NCBI GenBank assembly: GCA_030390025.1
Contig: CM059438.1
Coordinates: forward strand, 68,326,001-68,390,000
Origin: Squalus acanthias
Lineage: Eukaryota
DNA: 64,000 bases
Reading direction: 5' to 3'
Shown: piece after piece, positions 1 through 13,265 of the stretch
How positions within the stretch are numbered: position 1 is the first letter of the stretch
How the letters are laid out: each line of letters starts with the position of its first letter
Program-made: the position numbers and the translations under genes
The notes under the pieces: model-generated
What the model saw: the letters and a program-made list of their open reading frames with translations, nothing else
What the model was told of the DNA's origin: nothing
The model's database searches: none

Positions 1-1460
1 GGACCCGGGGACTTGTCAGCCCGCAGCTCCAACAATTTGCTCAGTACCACTTCCCTGATGATTATAATTTTCTTGAGTTCCTCCCTCCCTTCCATTTCCT
101 GATTTACAGCTATTTCTGGGGTGTTACTTGTATCTTCTATAGTGAAGACCGATGCAAAATACCTGTTCAATTCAACTGCCATCTCCTTATTTTCCATTAT
201 TAATTCCCCAGACTCACTTTTTATAGGACCAATGCTCACTTTGTTAACTCTTTTCTTTTTTAAATATCTATAGAAACTCTTACTATCTGTTTTTATATTT
301 CTAGCTAGCTTTTTCTCGTACTCTAATTTTTCTCTCCTTATTAATCTTTTAGTCATTCTTTGCTGTTTTTTATATTCTGTCAAATCTTCTGACCTGCCAC
401 CCATCTTTGCGCAATTATATGCTTTTTCTTTAAGTTTAATACTATCTTTAACTATTTTAGTTAACCACGGATGGTGGGTCCTCCCCTTGGAATTTTTCTT
501 TCTTGTTGGACTGTATATATTCTGTGTATTTTGAAATATCCCTTAAATGTTTGCCACTGCAACTCTATTGACCTATCCCTTAACCTACTTTGCCAGTTCA
601 CTTTAGCTAGCTCTGCTTTCATGCCCTCATAATTGCCCTTATTTAAGTTTAAAATACTAGTCTTGGACCCACTCTTCTCTCTCTCAAACTGAATGTAAAA
701 TTCAATCATATTATGATCGCTGCTACCTAGGGGCGCCTTCACTATGAGGTCATTAATTAATCCTATCTCGTTGCACAATACCAGGTCCAGTATAGCCTGC
801 TCTCTGGTTGGCTCCAGAACGTGCTGTTGTAAGAAACTATCCCGAAAACATTCCATGAACTCCTCATCTATGCTACCTTTGCCCATTTGATTTTTGCAGT
901 CTATATGCAGGTTAAAATCTCCCATGATTATTGCCGTACCCTTCTGACAAGCTCCCATTATTTCTTCCTTTATACTCCATCTTACCATGTGGTTACTGTT
1001 AGGGGGCCTGTACACCACTCCCACAAGTGACTTCTTGCCTTTATTATTTCTCATCTCTACCCAAACCGCTTCTACATCCTGGTTTCCTGAACTTAGGTCA
1101 TCCCTCTCTATTGTGCTAATACCATCATTAATTAACAGTGCCACCCCTCCACCTTTTCCCACCTTCCTGTCCTTCCTAAAAGTCATGTACCCTTCAATAT
1201 TCAGGTCCCAATCTATGTCATCCTGTAGCCATGTTTCTGTAATGGCTATCAGATTATATTCATTTATTTCTATTTGCGCTATCAGTTCATCTGTTTTGTT
1301 TCGAATGCTACGTGCATTCAGATGCAGAGCCTTTAGTTTTGTCCTTTTATTATTTTTGTAACCTCTAGCCTTATCTGTTGATTTGCTCTTAGATTTGTAC
1401 TCTCTATCCCTTCCTGTCACGGTCTGTTTATCATTTCCCATATTAATACCTTTCTCTTTC
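1..1460 (-). mobile_element. CR1 LINE, 5' part of ORF2 (APE endonuclease), runs off the left edge
   Basis: ORF 461-1441 has APE motifs (LNARSI, IAITETWL, GGGVAL, GVVYRPP, IMGDFN, LDLVL, SSDHN). It frameshifts near 535 and CR1 ORF2-like sequence continues to base 1. Confidence 0.93.
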
Positions 1461-1541
1461 AGTTTCCGTAACTGATTTATGACCTGCTACTTTTGCATCA
1501 GTTCTGAGCCAAAGAAAGAAGTGAGGGAGGTTAGAGACATT

Positions 1542-2002
1542 GGCCCGTATTTTCCGATCGCAGGCCTCCCACGGGCAGAGGCCAGCGATCTGGAAAAATC
1601 TACACCCTTATCTGAGGGCTCCCGGGACGCACACGCTTCCGCTCCTGGGCCTCTCCAAACTCCAAGTGCGCAGGGCCCACGTATCCCAGAGGCGCAGGTA
1701 GTTTGCAGCGTCCCTGGGATCATGTGGGCCATGGGGAGCCAATCAAAGAAGGGAATCTCCCTTCATACACTTGACAGGAAGACCTGTCAAATATATGAAT
1801 GGACATCACCCCAAAAACGTAGTAAAACTTTAAATATTTTTTTTTTAAATCACATTTTTAAAATGACTTGAAATTACAATAAATTAAATATTTTAAATAA
1901 AATTACATTTTTTGAAAAAAATAATTAAAGTTTTTTATGGGGCTAAAAATAAACTTACCTTTTTTAAAGTATTTTTAAATGATAAATCGGAATATCTGGG
2001 CC
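1542..2002. mobile_element. Harbinger-type MITE
   Basis: TIRs GGCCCGTATTTTCCGAT / ATCGGAATATCTGGGCC; 3-bp TSD ATT on both sides; the same terminus recurs at 63969. Confidence 0.85.
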
Positions 2003-2895
2003 ATTTTGAATTGTATGTAACAGTGATTTGATGGCACCACCAACTCACTGAAATGATACAATTCACCAAATAAACTTGTCAAGATGATTCGTCTTAAAAT
2101 TCAATCTGGTACTTTGAAAATCTTTTTCCTTTTTCTACCTAAAGAAAATAAGTTGCTCGCTACTCGTTGCCCGCTGACGGTAAATAGATGTGGGACTTTT
2201 GCCAATGAAATAACTTCCTGTCTGCTTTGCTGCTGTCAAGCTATAAGCTGTCAAAATGGATTATGTAAACTTCACAGACAAGGCTCAAACCAGTTCATTT
2301 GAGCTGCAATGTCATCCAATACAAAATCTAATGCAGCATGTCTGCAGACACAACATTCGCGGATAAATCAAAACCCATCGCTTTTAAAACATGCAGCGTG
2401 CTTGTAAATGGTATGTAGCATTTTCTTAGAAAGTAACAAAATCAGAAGCATTTTGGCTCTTGAATATATACTGAAAATCCCCCTGAGAAATGCTGGTTCC
2501 TTTACTGGTTGGATTGAATGAGTCGTCCCCCATCATCTTTTTTCCCCCTCTTTTCTGAGGCTGGTTTTGTTTAAATTCACTCTTACTCGTTCGTGTTACT
2601 CTTTATTAATAACGCTCCAGTGTTCTTATTAATGGAGGTGCATTCTCGGGTTTATCTGCGAGTGAGGATGAATTTGATGTTCACTGGCAGTGCAGGAGGT
2701 TCTTCCATATTTGCTTTATTGTCGTTCAGAAAATACAAATGGCATTTTGAATAAACAATTCCTTTTTGTCCGAGAGAAGGTCATTACTGTGGACATGTTG
2801 GCTGTTATGAGGCACTGTGCTGTATCCATCTTTTATCTAATTGACAGAGTGGAAAAGAATGCCAATCCAGTAGTCTTTATGTTGCTATTGTGCAG

Positions 2896-2961
2896 GTATG
2901 ATGACACAAATAATGGCCAGTAAGAAAACAAAACTAGTTGATGGAGATCATAAAAGCAAAG
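2896..2961 (+). CDS. Candidate internal exon of an unidentified host gene
   Basis: ttgtgcAG acceptor and AAG|gtaaag donor. 66 nt, phase 1-1, open as (G)MMTQIMASKKTKLVDGDHKSK, in non-repetitive sequence. Confidence 0.35.
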
Positions 2962-3326
2962 GTAAAGTTTGCTCTGGAGCTTAATCTGATTAAATTGGCA
3001 CTGGTTTTTTGACTTAAGCAGCGGTGTAACTCATTGGCTCAAATTGTAGACAACCCCCACCCGTGGTCTAAACACTCCCATGAGTGGTTGATGCAGTTAA
3101 TCTGCGTCACTGCCGGGATGCCCAGTTACCAGTGCTAATGCTACCAAAATGGGTTTATTTTGTTTATTTTGCTGATAAAATTTCCAGTTATATCAATCCA
3201 CAGATGTGCATTTCTGTGTTTTGTATCCGTTACTGAAAGAGAGCATTGATGCATAAATATTTATGTCATTCATTTCATGGTGAAAAAGTTCAGATGCATT
3301 TTGGCATGGTTAAAAAAGAAAGAATG

Positions 3327-3935
3327 TGGTTGATTTTAATTTCCGATTAAACAGAAACGCGGCCCAGCAAGCCTGTTGGGAGCCGCAGAAGGTAGGCCCA
3401 GGCGATTTTAACGGCCGAGCCTCATAACCATACAGCTGGGCGACTGACCAAAACGGCCAAGAAGTCAATGGGAAACGGCTGTCTGTTTGGTAAAATTCGG
3501 TGGCAGGAGGCCGGGGCAAGGAAGGCCCAAAAATGTTCTTGTGGGGCCCGAAGGACCACTCTTGATCCTCTGGGCACCACAAGGAAAGTACAAAAAATTG
3601 TAAAGAAGCCTACCTTGCTGGGCCTTGTCTTGTTTTGGCTCCTGTTTCCGGCAGGTTTGGCCTGGTTGGGGGAGCCACGAGGGTAGCGCCGTACGGGCCC
3701 AGGGTTAATATTGCAGTCGGATCCCCATGATATCATCGGGAACTGATCTGCATAATTAAACAGAATTCTGGCTGCATGTGTCCTTGATGCCTTCCATTTT
3801 TGGAATTGCAGTCAGCAAGACCAGGGTTGGAGGCCAGTGAGTAAGCCTCCCGTTCCTTTTTAACTGCCCCCGTCAACCGTTCCCCCCCCGCCCACCCAGT
3901 TTCTGTCAAGCGGGGTGAGAGGTTAAAATTCCCCT
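3327..3935. mobile_element. Degenerate Harbinger-type MITE
   Basis: GC-rich island ending in GGTTAAAATTCCCC; only a decayed left TIR (GGTTGATTTTAA). Confidence 0.5.
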
Positions 3936-4269
3936 TATAAATTCCAGTGATCTGGAATAAATATTCACAACTCTCTCTCTATTAGTAATTTATAGCACAT
4001 ATTTTGACTAAACTTGGATAATTAATCTGCAAGGATTATTGCTAAAAATTTCTTTTTTTTCATGCTTTTATATTAATATGTAGATGAACATTTGCCTTCC
4101 CTTCAGCCAGTGATGAAAAATGGACAGGAGAATTCTCTAATGTCCAGCCCCAAATCAACACCTGCTTCTAGCTAATAAAAACCAAAGGCTGACACTCCAG
4201 TAAGAGAGGTTTTCATTGTTAGGCGTGCTGACTTGGAACTAACTATTTAATCAAGGCTTTGTCTGCCTG

Positions 4270-6500
4270 TTTACATTGGATTACATAGGATATATGGCTC
4301 AGAAACAAGCCATTCGGCCCAACCAGTCTATGCTCCACTCGAGCCTCCTCCTGTCTTTCCTCATCTAACCATATCAGCATAACCCTCTATTCCCTTCTCC
4401 CTCATATGCTTATCTAACCGCCCCTTAAATACATCTATACTATTCGCTTCAACCACTCCCTGTGGTAGCGAGTTCCACATTCTCACTACTCTCTGGGTAA
4501 AGAAGTTTCTTCTGAATCCCCTATTTGATTTCTTGGTGACTATCTTATATTGATGGCCTCTAGTTATGCTCTTCCCCACAAGTGGAAACACTCTCTCTGT
4601 ATCTACTCTATCAAAACCTTTCATAATTTTAAAGACCTCTATTAGGTCACCCCTCAGCCTTCTCTTTTCAAGAGAAAAGAGACCCAGCCTGATCATTCTT
4701 TCCTACTAGGTGTACCCTCGCATTTCTGGTATCATCCTTGTAAATCTTCTCTGCACCCTCTCCAGTGCCTCTATCCTTTTTATAATATGGCGACCAGAAT
4801 TGCACGCAGTACTCCAAGTGTGGTCTAACCAAGGTTCGATACAAGTTTAGCATAACTTCATTACTTTTCAATTCTATCAATCTAGAAATAAACCCTAGTG
4901 CTTGGTTTGCTTTTTTTATAGCCTTGTTAACCTGTGTCGATACTTTTAGTGATTTGTGTATTTGTACTCCGAGATCCCCTTGTTCCTCTACCCCATTTAG
5001 ATTCTTATTTTCCAAGTAATATGTGACCTCCCTATTTTTCTTACCGAAATGTAATACCTCACATTTATCTGTGTTGAATTTCATTTGCCAATTATATGCC
5101 CATTCTGCAAGTTTATTAATGTCTTCTTGTAATTTGTTGCAGTCCCCCTCAGTATTGACTATCCCCCCCAATTTGGTGTTGTCCGCAAATTTAGAAATTG
5201 TGTTTTTGATTCCAAGGTCTAAATTGTTAATGTAACAGTGGTCCCAGCACTGATCCTTATGGAACACCACTACCCACCTTCTGCCACTCTGAATAGCTAC
5301 CCTTTACCTCTACTCTCTGCTTTCTGTCTTGAAGCCAGCTAGCTATCCATTCTGCTACTTGTCCCCTGACTCCGTATTCCCTGACCTTATTCATTAGTCT
5401 ATTGTGTGGTACCTTATCGAAGACCTTTTGAAAATCTAGATAAATTACATCTACTGCATTGCCATTGTCAACTCTCTCTGTTACCTCTTCAAAAAATTCA
5501 ATTAGGTTGGTCAAGCAAGACTTTCCCTTTTGAAATCCATGCTGACTGTTCATTGTTATATTGTTCGTTTCTAGATGTTCTTCTATTATCTCCTTTAGTA
5601 GAGATTCCATTATTTTTCCTATTACCGATGTTAAGCTGACTGGCCTGTAGTTCCCTGGACATGTTCTATCTCCCTTCTTAAATATAGGTATTACATTAGC
5701 TATCCACCAGTCCTCTGGCACTATACCTTTTTCTAATGAATTACTAAATATGTGTAGTAATACCTCTGCTATTTCTTCCCTAGATTCTTTTTAAATGCGC
5801 GGATGTAATCCGTCCAGACCAGGGGTTTTATCCTTTTTGAGTTTCATTAGTTTATTTAGTATATCTCCTCATTTTATTTTAAATGCAGTTAACTCATTAC
5901 TAATCTCATCATCCAATGTCATCTCCACCTGTTCTATCACCCTGGTAAATACTGAAGCAAAGTAATTATTTATTATCTCTGCCATCTCTCTATTTCTGCC
6001 TGTGGTATTATCTTCTCCATCCCTTAGTGGCCCTATTCCCATCCCAACCTTCCTTTTTTTATTCATGTGCCTGTAAAATATTTTATTATTTTGTTTTATG
6101 TTCCTTGATAATTTAATTTCGTAGTTCCTCTTTGCCTCCCTAATTATTTTTTTGACTTCTCTCCTATTCCCTTCATATACTCCCTTATCATGCTCTCCCT
6201 GCTGTCCATGTACTTAATGTATGCCTTTTTCCTTTCCCTCAATTTTTCCCTTCTGGCTTTATTCATCCACGGTGTCTCATTAGCTTGTTCTTGTTTATTA
6301 GTGGAATATATTTTTCCTGGACTCTGTTGAACACCGTTTTAAATGTTTCCATTGCTGTTCCACATCATTGTTTGCCAATACCGTTGTCCATTTTATTTTC
6401 CCAAGTTCTATTCTCAGCCCCTCAAAATCAGCTTTTCTGCAATTTATTACCCTGGTCTTCGTCATACCTATGTCCTTCTCAATTATTATTTTAAAGCGTT
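4270..6500 (-). mobile_element. 5'-truncated CR1 LINE (frameshifted RT domain plus 3' UTR)
   Basis: ORF pieces with NYRPVSLTS, QHGFQKGKSCLTNL, YLDFQKVFDKVPH, SKFADNTK, LVRPHLEYCVQFWSP and RRNFFTQRVV; tail repeats near 4270-4295. Confidence 0.95.
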
Positions 6501-6624
6501 ATGTTATGGGTCTTCAGGTGGAGGGTGGCGATTCCTTTGTATTATTCAAATTAGAGCAGGAAGTTCTCTCAGCACTCCATCGAACATTCATCCCAGAACC
6601 ACTAATTGTTTAAAATTAATTCTT

Positions 6625-6972
6625 AATATGTGGCAAGGTCAGCATTTGTTGCCCATCTCTAGTTGCCCAAACAGCGGTTTGATACAACTGTGTGACTCTC
6701 TCAGCCATGTCAGAGGGCAGTTGAGTCAACCACGTTGGTCTTAAAGGACAGACGGGGTAAGAAACAGCAGCTTTCCTTCCCTAAAGGGCATTCGTGAACC
6801 AGTTGGTTTTCTACTTCAACCCAACAGCTTATTGTTCATTTTTACTGATACTAGTTTTTTATTTCCATATATTTTAAAACTGCATTCAAATTCTCAAAGT
6901 GCCATGGTGGGATTTGAACTTGTGTTCTTTGGATTGTTAATCCAGGCCTCTAGGTTAATCGTCCAGTAACAG
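6625..6972 (-). mobile_element. tRNA-headed SINE, same family as 44265-44673
   Basis: Reverse complement matches the head (B box GTTCAAATCCC), body and LINE-derived tail of the 44265 copy. Confidence 0.7.
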
Positions 6973-7317
6973 GTCACAAATCTTTCTTTTTCTTTCTATT
7001 TAATATCCCACTCTCCATCAAATTGAGTTGCAACACAAACTATCACAGAAGAGCTAGAGTTAAACCAAAAGGTAGCACAGCAAAATTTCTGGAATAGGCA
7101 CTTCCTCAGTCTTCAATCTGCAAAACAACAAGCTCCTCAGTATTCCAAAAGAAAATTAATTCAGTTTTACAAGATCTCGAACTGAGTTTTTACATCCAGC
7201 AAAATGAGAAGCATTCCAGCAAAGAACTCGAGCAAAAGGTCATTTCCAAATTCCAGTACAATCACCCCTCGAACAACACACAAAAAATTCCTATGAAATA
7301 CTCAAAACTTCCAGATT

Positions 7318-8713
7318 GAAGAACATAGGACATAGGAACAGGAGGCGGCCATTCATCCCCTTGAGCCTGTTCCACCATTCAATGAGATCATGGCTGATCT
7401 GTATCCTAACTTCATCCACTCCCCTTGGCTCCATACCCTTTAATAACCTTGGCTAGCAACTATCAATCTCAGATTTAAAATGATAAATTGTGCTAGTTAC
7501 GACATCATTTTGGGAAAGAGTTCCACACGTCTACCACCCTTTGCGTGAAGAAGTGTTTGCTAACTTCTCTCCTGAACGGCCTGGCTCTGATTTTAAGATT
7601 ATGGCCCAGAAATTCGCCTCTCGGCTTGCCGCGGGGGTAAGGATTGCGCGCGCTCTTACCTACCGCGCCTGCCGTTGTGTTTTGGGCCCACAGGAACTTT
7701 GGGTCCTGGGCCTCTCCCAACTGCCGGCACACAGTGCTTGCGTGTTCCAGGGGCGCAGTTAGTGCGATGCGACCCCTGGGATCACGTGGGCCATGGAGAG
7801 CCAATGGCAGCAGACCATCTTTCATTCATAGATTTGACAGACCTGTCAAATCTGTGAATTGAAATCGGCCCCAAAAGAACAGCTAAACTTCAAATACGTT
7901 TTTTTTAAAAACCATCACATTTATAAAATAACTATAGTTAAATAAATTAACCACTTTAAACAAAAATTTAAATTTTTGAAAAAATTAAAATACTTTTTAA
8001 AAGTGATAAAAATAAACTTACCTTTCTTTAAAGTATCTAAAAAAGATAAACCTGTTGAAAATTTTTTTTAATTATACTTAATTAACCACGTACCTTGTTG
8101 AAAACGGGTCTTGCGCCTCCTTTTTAACAGCGTAGTTTCTTCAATACTTACCCTCGCGTAGAAACCTGAAAAAAATCTAAGTTTGCTGCGTGCGCGCAGC
8201 CTCTACCGCGCACGCGGTTCACCTAGGAACCGTCCCCTTCACCATACCGGAAGTTCCGGTTTCCCGCGCATGCGCAGTGCATGCAGGAAACCGGCACTTC
8301 GGGAAGCAATACGGGTGAGTACAGAGCGCGTACTCACCCGGGAAGGGCCAATTTTTGGCCCAGTGTTCCCTTGTCCTCGATTCCCCCACCAGCAGAAAAA
8401 GTTTACCTCTATCTACCCTCTCAATTCCTTTGAAAATCCTGAAAACCTCAATCAAATTCCGCCTTAATGTTGTATATTCCAGGGAATACAAGCCTAGGTT
8501 ATGTAATCTCTCCTCATAATTTAACCCTTGGAGCCCTGGTAACATTCTGGTGAATCTGCGCTGAACTTCTTCCCAGGCCAATACATCCTTTCTAAGGTGC
8601 GGTGCCCAGAACTGTACACAGTACTCCAGATGTGGTCTAACCAGGACTTTGTATAGCTGCAGCAAACTGCCCTCCCCTTTATACTTTAGCCCTCTAGATA
8701 CAAAGGCTAACAT
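7318..8713 (-). mobile_element. CR1 3' fragment split by the MITE at 7603-8361
   Basis: LVRPHLEYCVQFWAP (8219-8713 ORF) and KHFFTQRVVDVWNS (7505-7825 ORF) flank the MITE; CR1 tail at 7318-7400. Confidence 0.88.
7603..8361. mobile_element. Harbinger-type MITE (about 760 bp)
   Basis: TIRs GGCCCAGAAATT / AATTTTTGGCCC; colinear with the inverted copy at 53236-53998; interrupts a CR1. Confidence 0.85.
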
Positions 8714-9069
8714 TTCATTCGTCTTTTTGACGTTCCATTCGCCTTTTTGAGCATTGATGCAAGAGATAATGTGGCACAGTGAGCCAAGAAATAAGAGGTT
8801 GAATAATGAAAGATGGCTTCTGCTGGTTGGCCAACAAAAAGAAAAGGGACATAGACACAGGATAATCAGGAGAAAATGCAGTGGCGGGGGGGGAGGGGGT
8901 GGGGGTTGATGGGAGTGAGAAGAATACGGAATACTTCAGCACAGCTTGTGAGGCAGAGATTATAACATCAATCAAATAGGAATTGGATAATATTTGAAAA
9001 GGAAAAGTAGAAAAGCTGGTGCTGAAGGACCAGGGAAATAGAATTCCAACAGATTGCTTCATTACTGTG

Positions 9070-9840
9070 TCCTTATCGTCCTAAAATCTTGTGGCCGCCA
9101 GAAGAACTTTCCTGGATTCAAATTCTCCATTCCTGTGAAAATCTTTTAATATCTCTCTTAAGTCCCAGCTATACTATCTGTCCTCATAACTCAGCCCTCG
9201 TAAGTTCAGGAATCAACCTTGTAGCACTCTTCTGGCCTGCATCCAATAATTGTACTTCTTTCTGGTAATATTGAAATTAAAGCTGACTACAGTGCTTTCG
9301 ATGCAGACTCACCAAGACCAGATATAACTTCAACATCACCTCCTTAGACTTCTAAGTAGTTATAGGTCCTAACATTTAATTGCTTTCTTGACTGCATGTA
9401 AACACTGCACTGACGGGTTTAGTTATCTATCCACCAAACCCCCGAGATCTCTGTCCTGTTCAATTATCTTCGCCACATTGCATCTGCCCATTGGTCTAGT
9501 CTGTCCAGATCCCTTTGGATTATTGCATACTGATTAACATCATTGCTCAGTGCACCCAATTTAATGTCCTTTGTAAATTTAGATACTTTGGACAATATCT
9601 GCCCATGGAGTCATTTATAAAAATTGTAAATTGTTATAATGTGGGACTCCAGTGACAACTGGTTTCTACTCTGACATCTCCTATGCACCACCATCCATTG
9701 CCGTCTAACCCTCAGCATGCATCAATCCAGCTTAATACTTAGCCATCTATGCCCTGGGGAATCAGTCTCTTATGTGGGGTAAGCTCAAATGCCTTCACTG
9801 AAATCTAGGTAAATAACATCCACTGCCTCACCCTTCTCCT
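9070..9840 (-). mobile_element. Old degenerate CR1 RT fragment
   Basis: GEAVDVIYLDFSE in ORF 9785-10033; decayed RT-like sequence leftwards. Confidence 0.6.
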
Positions 9841-9967
9841 TATTAATCACTGCACCTTTTTTCATTTTTGTAGCAGATCGGAATTGATAATGAATGCTTT
9901 TGAACGAGTAAAGGACAGCAAATAACAAACAATACTGTTTAGAAACCAAGAAGATAAAAACTAATAA

Positions 9968-10205
9968 GAAAATAAAAACAGATATGCTGGAATCACTCAG
10001 CAGGTCAGGCAGCAACTGTGGAGCGAGAAACAAAGTTAACGTTTCAGGTCGATGACCTTTCGTCAGAACAGTGCTGATGAAAGGTCACCGACCTGAAACG
10101 TTAACTCTGTTTCTCTCTCCATGGATGCTGCCTGACCTGTTGAGTGTTTCCAGCATTTTCTGTTTTTATTTCAGATTTCCAGCATCCGCAGTATTTTGTT
10201 TCTGT
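9968..10205. mobile_element. Penelope-like terminal fragment as an inverted (fold-back) duplication, with hammerhead cores
   Basis: Arms of about 100 bp centred near 10070; 8-bp TSD ACTAATAA (9960-9967 and 10206-10213); same family as 50957-51326. Confidence 0.75.
10034..10069 (-). ncRNA. Minimal type I hammerhead ribozyme motif
   Basis: GTT-CTGACGA-A-AGGTC atc GACCT-GAAACGTT-AAC on the minus strand; mirrored + copy at 10070-10106 (CTGATGA...GAAACGTT). Confidence 0.65.
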
Positions 10206-10357
10206 ACTAATAAAATGCTGTGTGAAGGTTGAAAAATATAAGCAGATCCTATGAAGTTATAGACAGAAAACACTTCCTCATTTACTTGTATCATAAAGCA
10301 GCAGATTTAAAAAAGTAATGCCACAACAAAATAGAACTTCTTTATTTCCCACATAAT

Positions 10358-11137
10358 GGGCTGGATTTTGAATGACCCATGGAGTCGGGTTTGGAGGCAT
10401 GTGGGGGGTTAAATTTGCGGGGTCGGGGGTCCCGACCCCATCCCGACTCCATCCTGCCTCCATGCAATTTTGACAAAATCAGTCGCAGGGTTCCCGACTC
10501 CGTCCCGCCTCCAAGAGGCGGGAGAGGCCATTAAAGCCCTTAACAAGCCCTAAATTGGCTCTGTAATGCCATTTTGAAACGTTTTAGCTAGTTGAACCCT
10601 TTTCCGACGTGAAGCACGCCTGATGTGAAACACGCCAGTGAAACCTGGCGGGAGCACAAGTGGATAGCTGACTATCAGCTGCAGGTCCACTATTACAACG
10701 GAGATGTGATGAAGGTAGTAGTAGTATTAGGTGTGAAAGTCACCTCTGATGCTGCTGCATTGAATGTCTTCAGAGACTGCCTGGCCTTTGCTGTGAGAGG
10801 ACTTGGATGCAAAAACATATTTTTTTTTCTCTCTCTATCTCTCTCTCTCTCTCTCTCCATTTTGCATCCAGGTCCACTCACATCAAAAGCCAGGCAGGTC
10901 CTCTCTCACCAACAGCCAGACAGTTTCTGAGACCAGGCAGTCAGCAATGATGGCATCATCAGAGGCGACTTTCAGACTGAAACCACTAATTAGTTCATGG
11001 GTTCCCACATGCTGGATCTCAATTGCCCAATTAAGTGAAAATTGCATCATTCATCAACATTAATCTGGAGTCGGGGGGGGGGAACATGAAATGCGGATGA
11101 CACGACCCCAACCCGACCCCAAGACAAAATCCAGCCC
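10358..11137. mobile_element. Harbinger-type MITE
   Basis: Perfect 13-bp TIR GGGCTGGATTTTG; flanks AAT / AAA. Confidence 0.82.
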
Positions 11138-11349
11138 AAATTTGTGTCATCCATAATCGCTCGAGAGTATATTTTTGTCAGTAACGTATGAGGGTATCGC
11201 ACAGACACCAGTGTATTGTTGAATTTATCATCTATTAATAATTTCCACGGTGCCCTCAAATCAGCATCAACACTTTTCTGCTTATAGGCCATTAAGTGTT
11301 TTGAAACTGCAGGAGAAATCCATTTGGCTGATAATCGTACTTGCCTTGT

Positions 11350-12200
11350 ACGGGAAGTGATTTCAACAAGAAATTACAGTTTCTTCACTTGATCTGTATA
11401 AGAAGGCAATATTGACTTGCTTCAGCCCTTAAACATGCAGCTGGGATGCTTGTTCCTTCTACAGCTGGTTTGGTTTAACCCCATATAAGAATGAGCTTCT
11501 CTCTAGGTGGCATACTGTATTGGAAGACCGATCCACAGTGCTACAGAGTGATAGGTTGTTGATTCAGTCACATCCTTGTGGATGTCAAAGTATCTTAGTA
11601 CTGGTGCTTGAGAGGTGATTTTTTTGACCTCATCTAGACACTTGTCATGGTGACAGTCTCAGGTAAAGTCAGTAGGGTCTTCAATAGGTCACAAGAAGGA
11701 GCAGTTACATCTGATAACTTTGGGGAAAACTGATGCAGATATTCATTTCAAGAACTCACTGGATTTCTGATTTGTTTGTAGGGAGAAGGCATCTTTAAGC
11801 CATCTAAAGTCCCACAGGTACGTGCTTCACCAAAGGTGTGGAGATTCACTATGTCCAGCTCCATTGTTTCTTCAGGATTTTGATCTTGATTTTGAATATG
11901 TAGTATTTGTAAATTTATTGGTCTTTTCAGTGAAAAAAACTGTTTTGTCCTCATCAGTCTCCAACTGAAGACCATCAAATATTTTCAGTGCCTCGCTGCC
12001 CTTTCAGATGATTAGTGGAGCAGTTCTGATATCTGTTGACTGCTCAATAGAACAGTCTCATAATTGATCCGAATTCTCTTTAAAGCCTTTCCAATTGCTT
12101 GCTAGATTACTTGCCTTCTCGAGTTTTGCTGGGAATGGTATGTTCTGAATAATAGATTTTTGGAATGGAACAGTGGCTGTATTCTTAATGCTTAAGATTT
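11350..12200 (-). pseudogene. Decayed Gypsy-like LTR retrotransposon gag
   Basis: Minus-strand translation across frameshifts gives IPFPAKLEKASNLASNWKGFKE...GSEALKIFDGLQLETDEDK...QDQNPEETMELDIVNLHTFG...LTLPETV, the motif order of Gypsy gag. Confidence 0.6.
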
Positions 12201-12399
12201 AAATTTTCCATTTTAATTGAGTCTTCAGTTGATGCAGTCAGACAGAACAGGATAGTATTGATCAAGAATTACAATTGATCAGTTGCTGAATGGAGTGTTA
12301 GGGAGCTGGCTTTGCTGGCTTCAAATGTTCTGTTTTCTTTTTTTCCTTCTATTTCCTTTTAACAGGTTCAGAGCAAGTTATTTCCAATTCTGACACTAC

Positions 12400-13198
12400 G
12401 GGCTGGATTTTCTCAATGGAGACTCGTTGGAGGCGGGACTGCTGCTTGTCATGTCAATGTCCCGCCTCCATCCTCGTCTGACCAACCAGAGGGATTTTCC
12501 CCTGATTGACCTTGTTAAGCCCGCCCTGCGGGCTCAGCAGGCCAATTAGGGAGGAAGTCACTGACAGAGCACATCAACGTCTGACGTGCCATCTGTCAAG
12601 ACTTCTTGAAAGAAGAAATGTTAGCGTTTGACAGCTCTATGAAGCTGTCAAACACTGACATTTTCTGTAGTTTGATGAGTTCTTGTGTTCAGGACTCATC
12701 AAACCTTTCAACTCTGTGAAATCGACAAGGAGGATGTCGGGTCTCCCGATCCAGTGCGGATGAAGGCTGGAGGAAGAAAACAAGGTAAGTGAACATTTTT
12801 TAACAATTATCACTCACCTTACATACTTACCACTCCACACTTGCACCCATCACTCACCTCTACATCTTACTTGCAGGTGCCTCCGACCTCCACAGACCTC
12901 CTTCATGTCTCCTCCTACCTGGTGGGGTTCTCCGAGGTCGGGAAGCCTTCACCTGTGAAGGTAAAATGGCACTAATCCTTTTTTCTGCCTGTTAACTACC
13001 TGTTAACAGGCAGTTAAAAGGATTTAATGCCTTTCCCGCCTCCAGGAGACGGGACCCGAAGCAACACTTCTTCCCGCCTCCTGGCAAAAGGGCACGGAGG
13101 CGGGATGGGGCGGGTTTGCCATCCGCCCCCACTTTCTGCTACTTTACCGGCAATCCCGCCTCCATGCCCACCTCCTCGGGGATTGGAAAATCCAGCCC
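12400..13198. mobile_element. Harbinger-type MITE
   Basis: TIR GGGCTGGATTTTC; TSD TAC on both sides; interior homologous to 45140-45877. Confidence 0.9.
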
Positions 13199-13265
13199 TA
13201 CGTAGCATTTGTTATTAAGTTCAGTTCAGAACAAATTTAAAAAGGCTTTATAGATTGAAACCATG

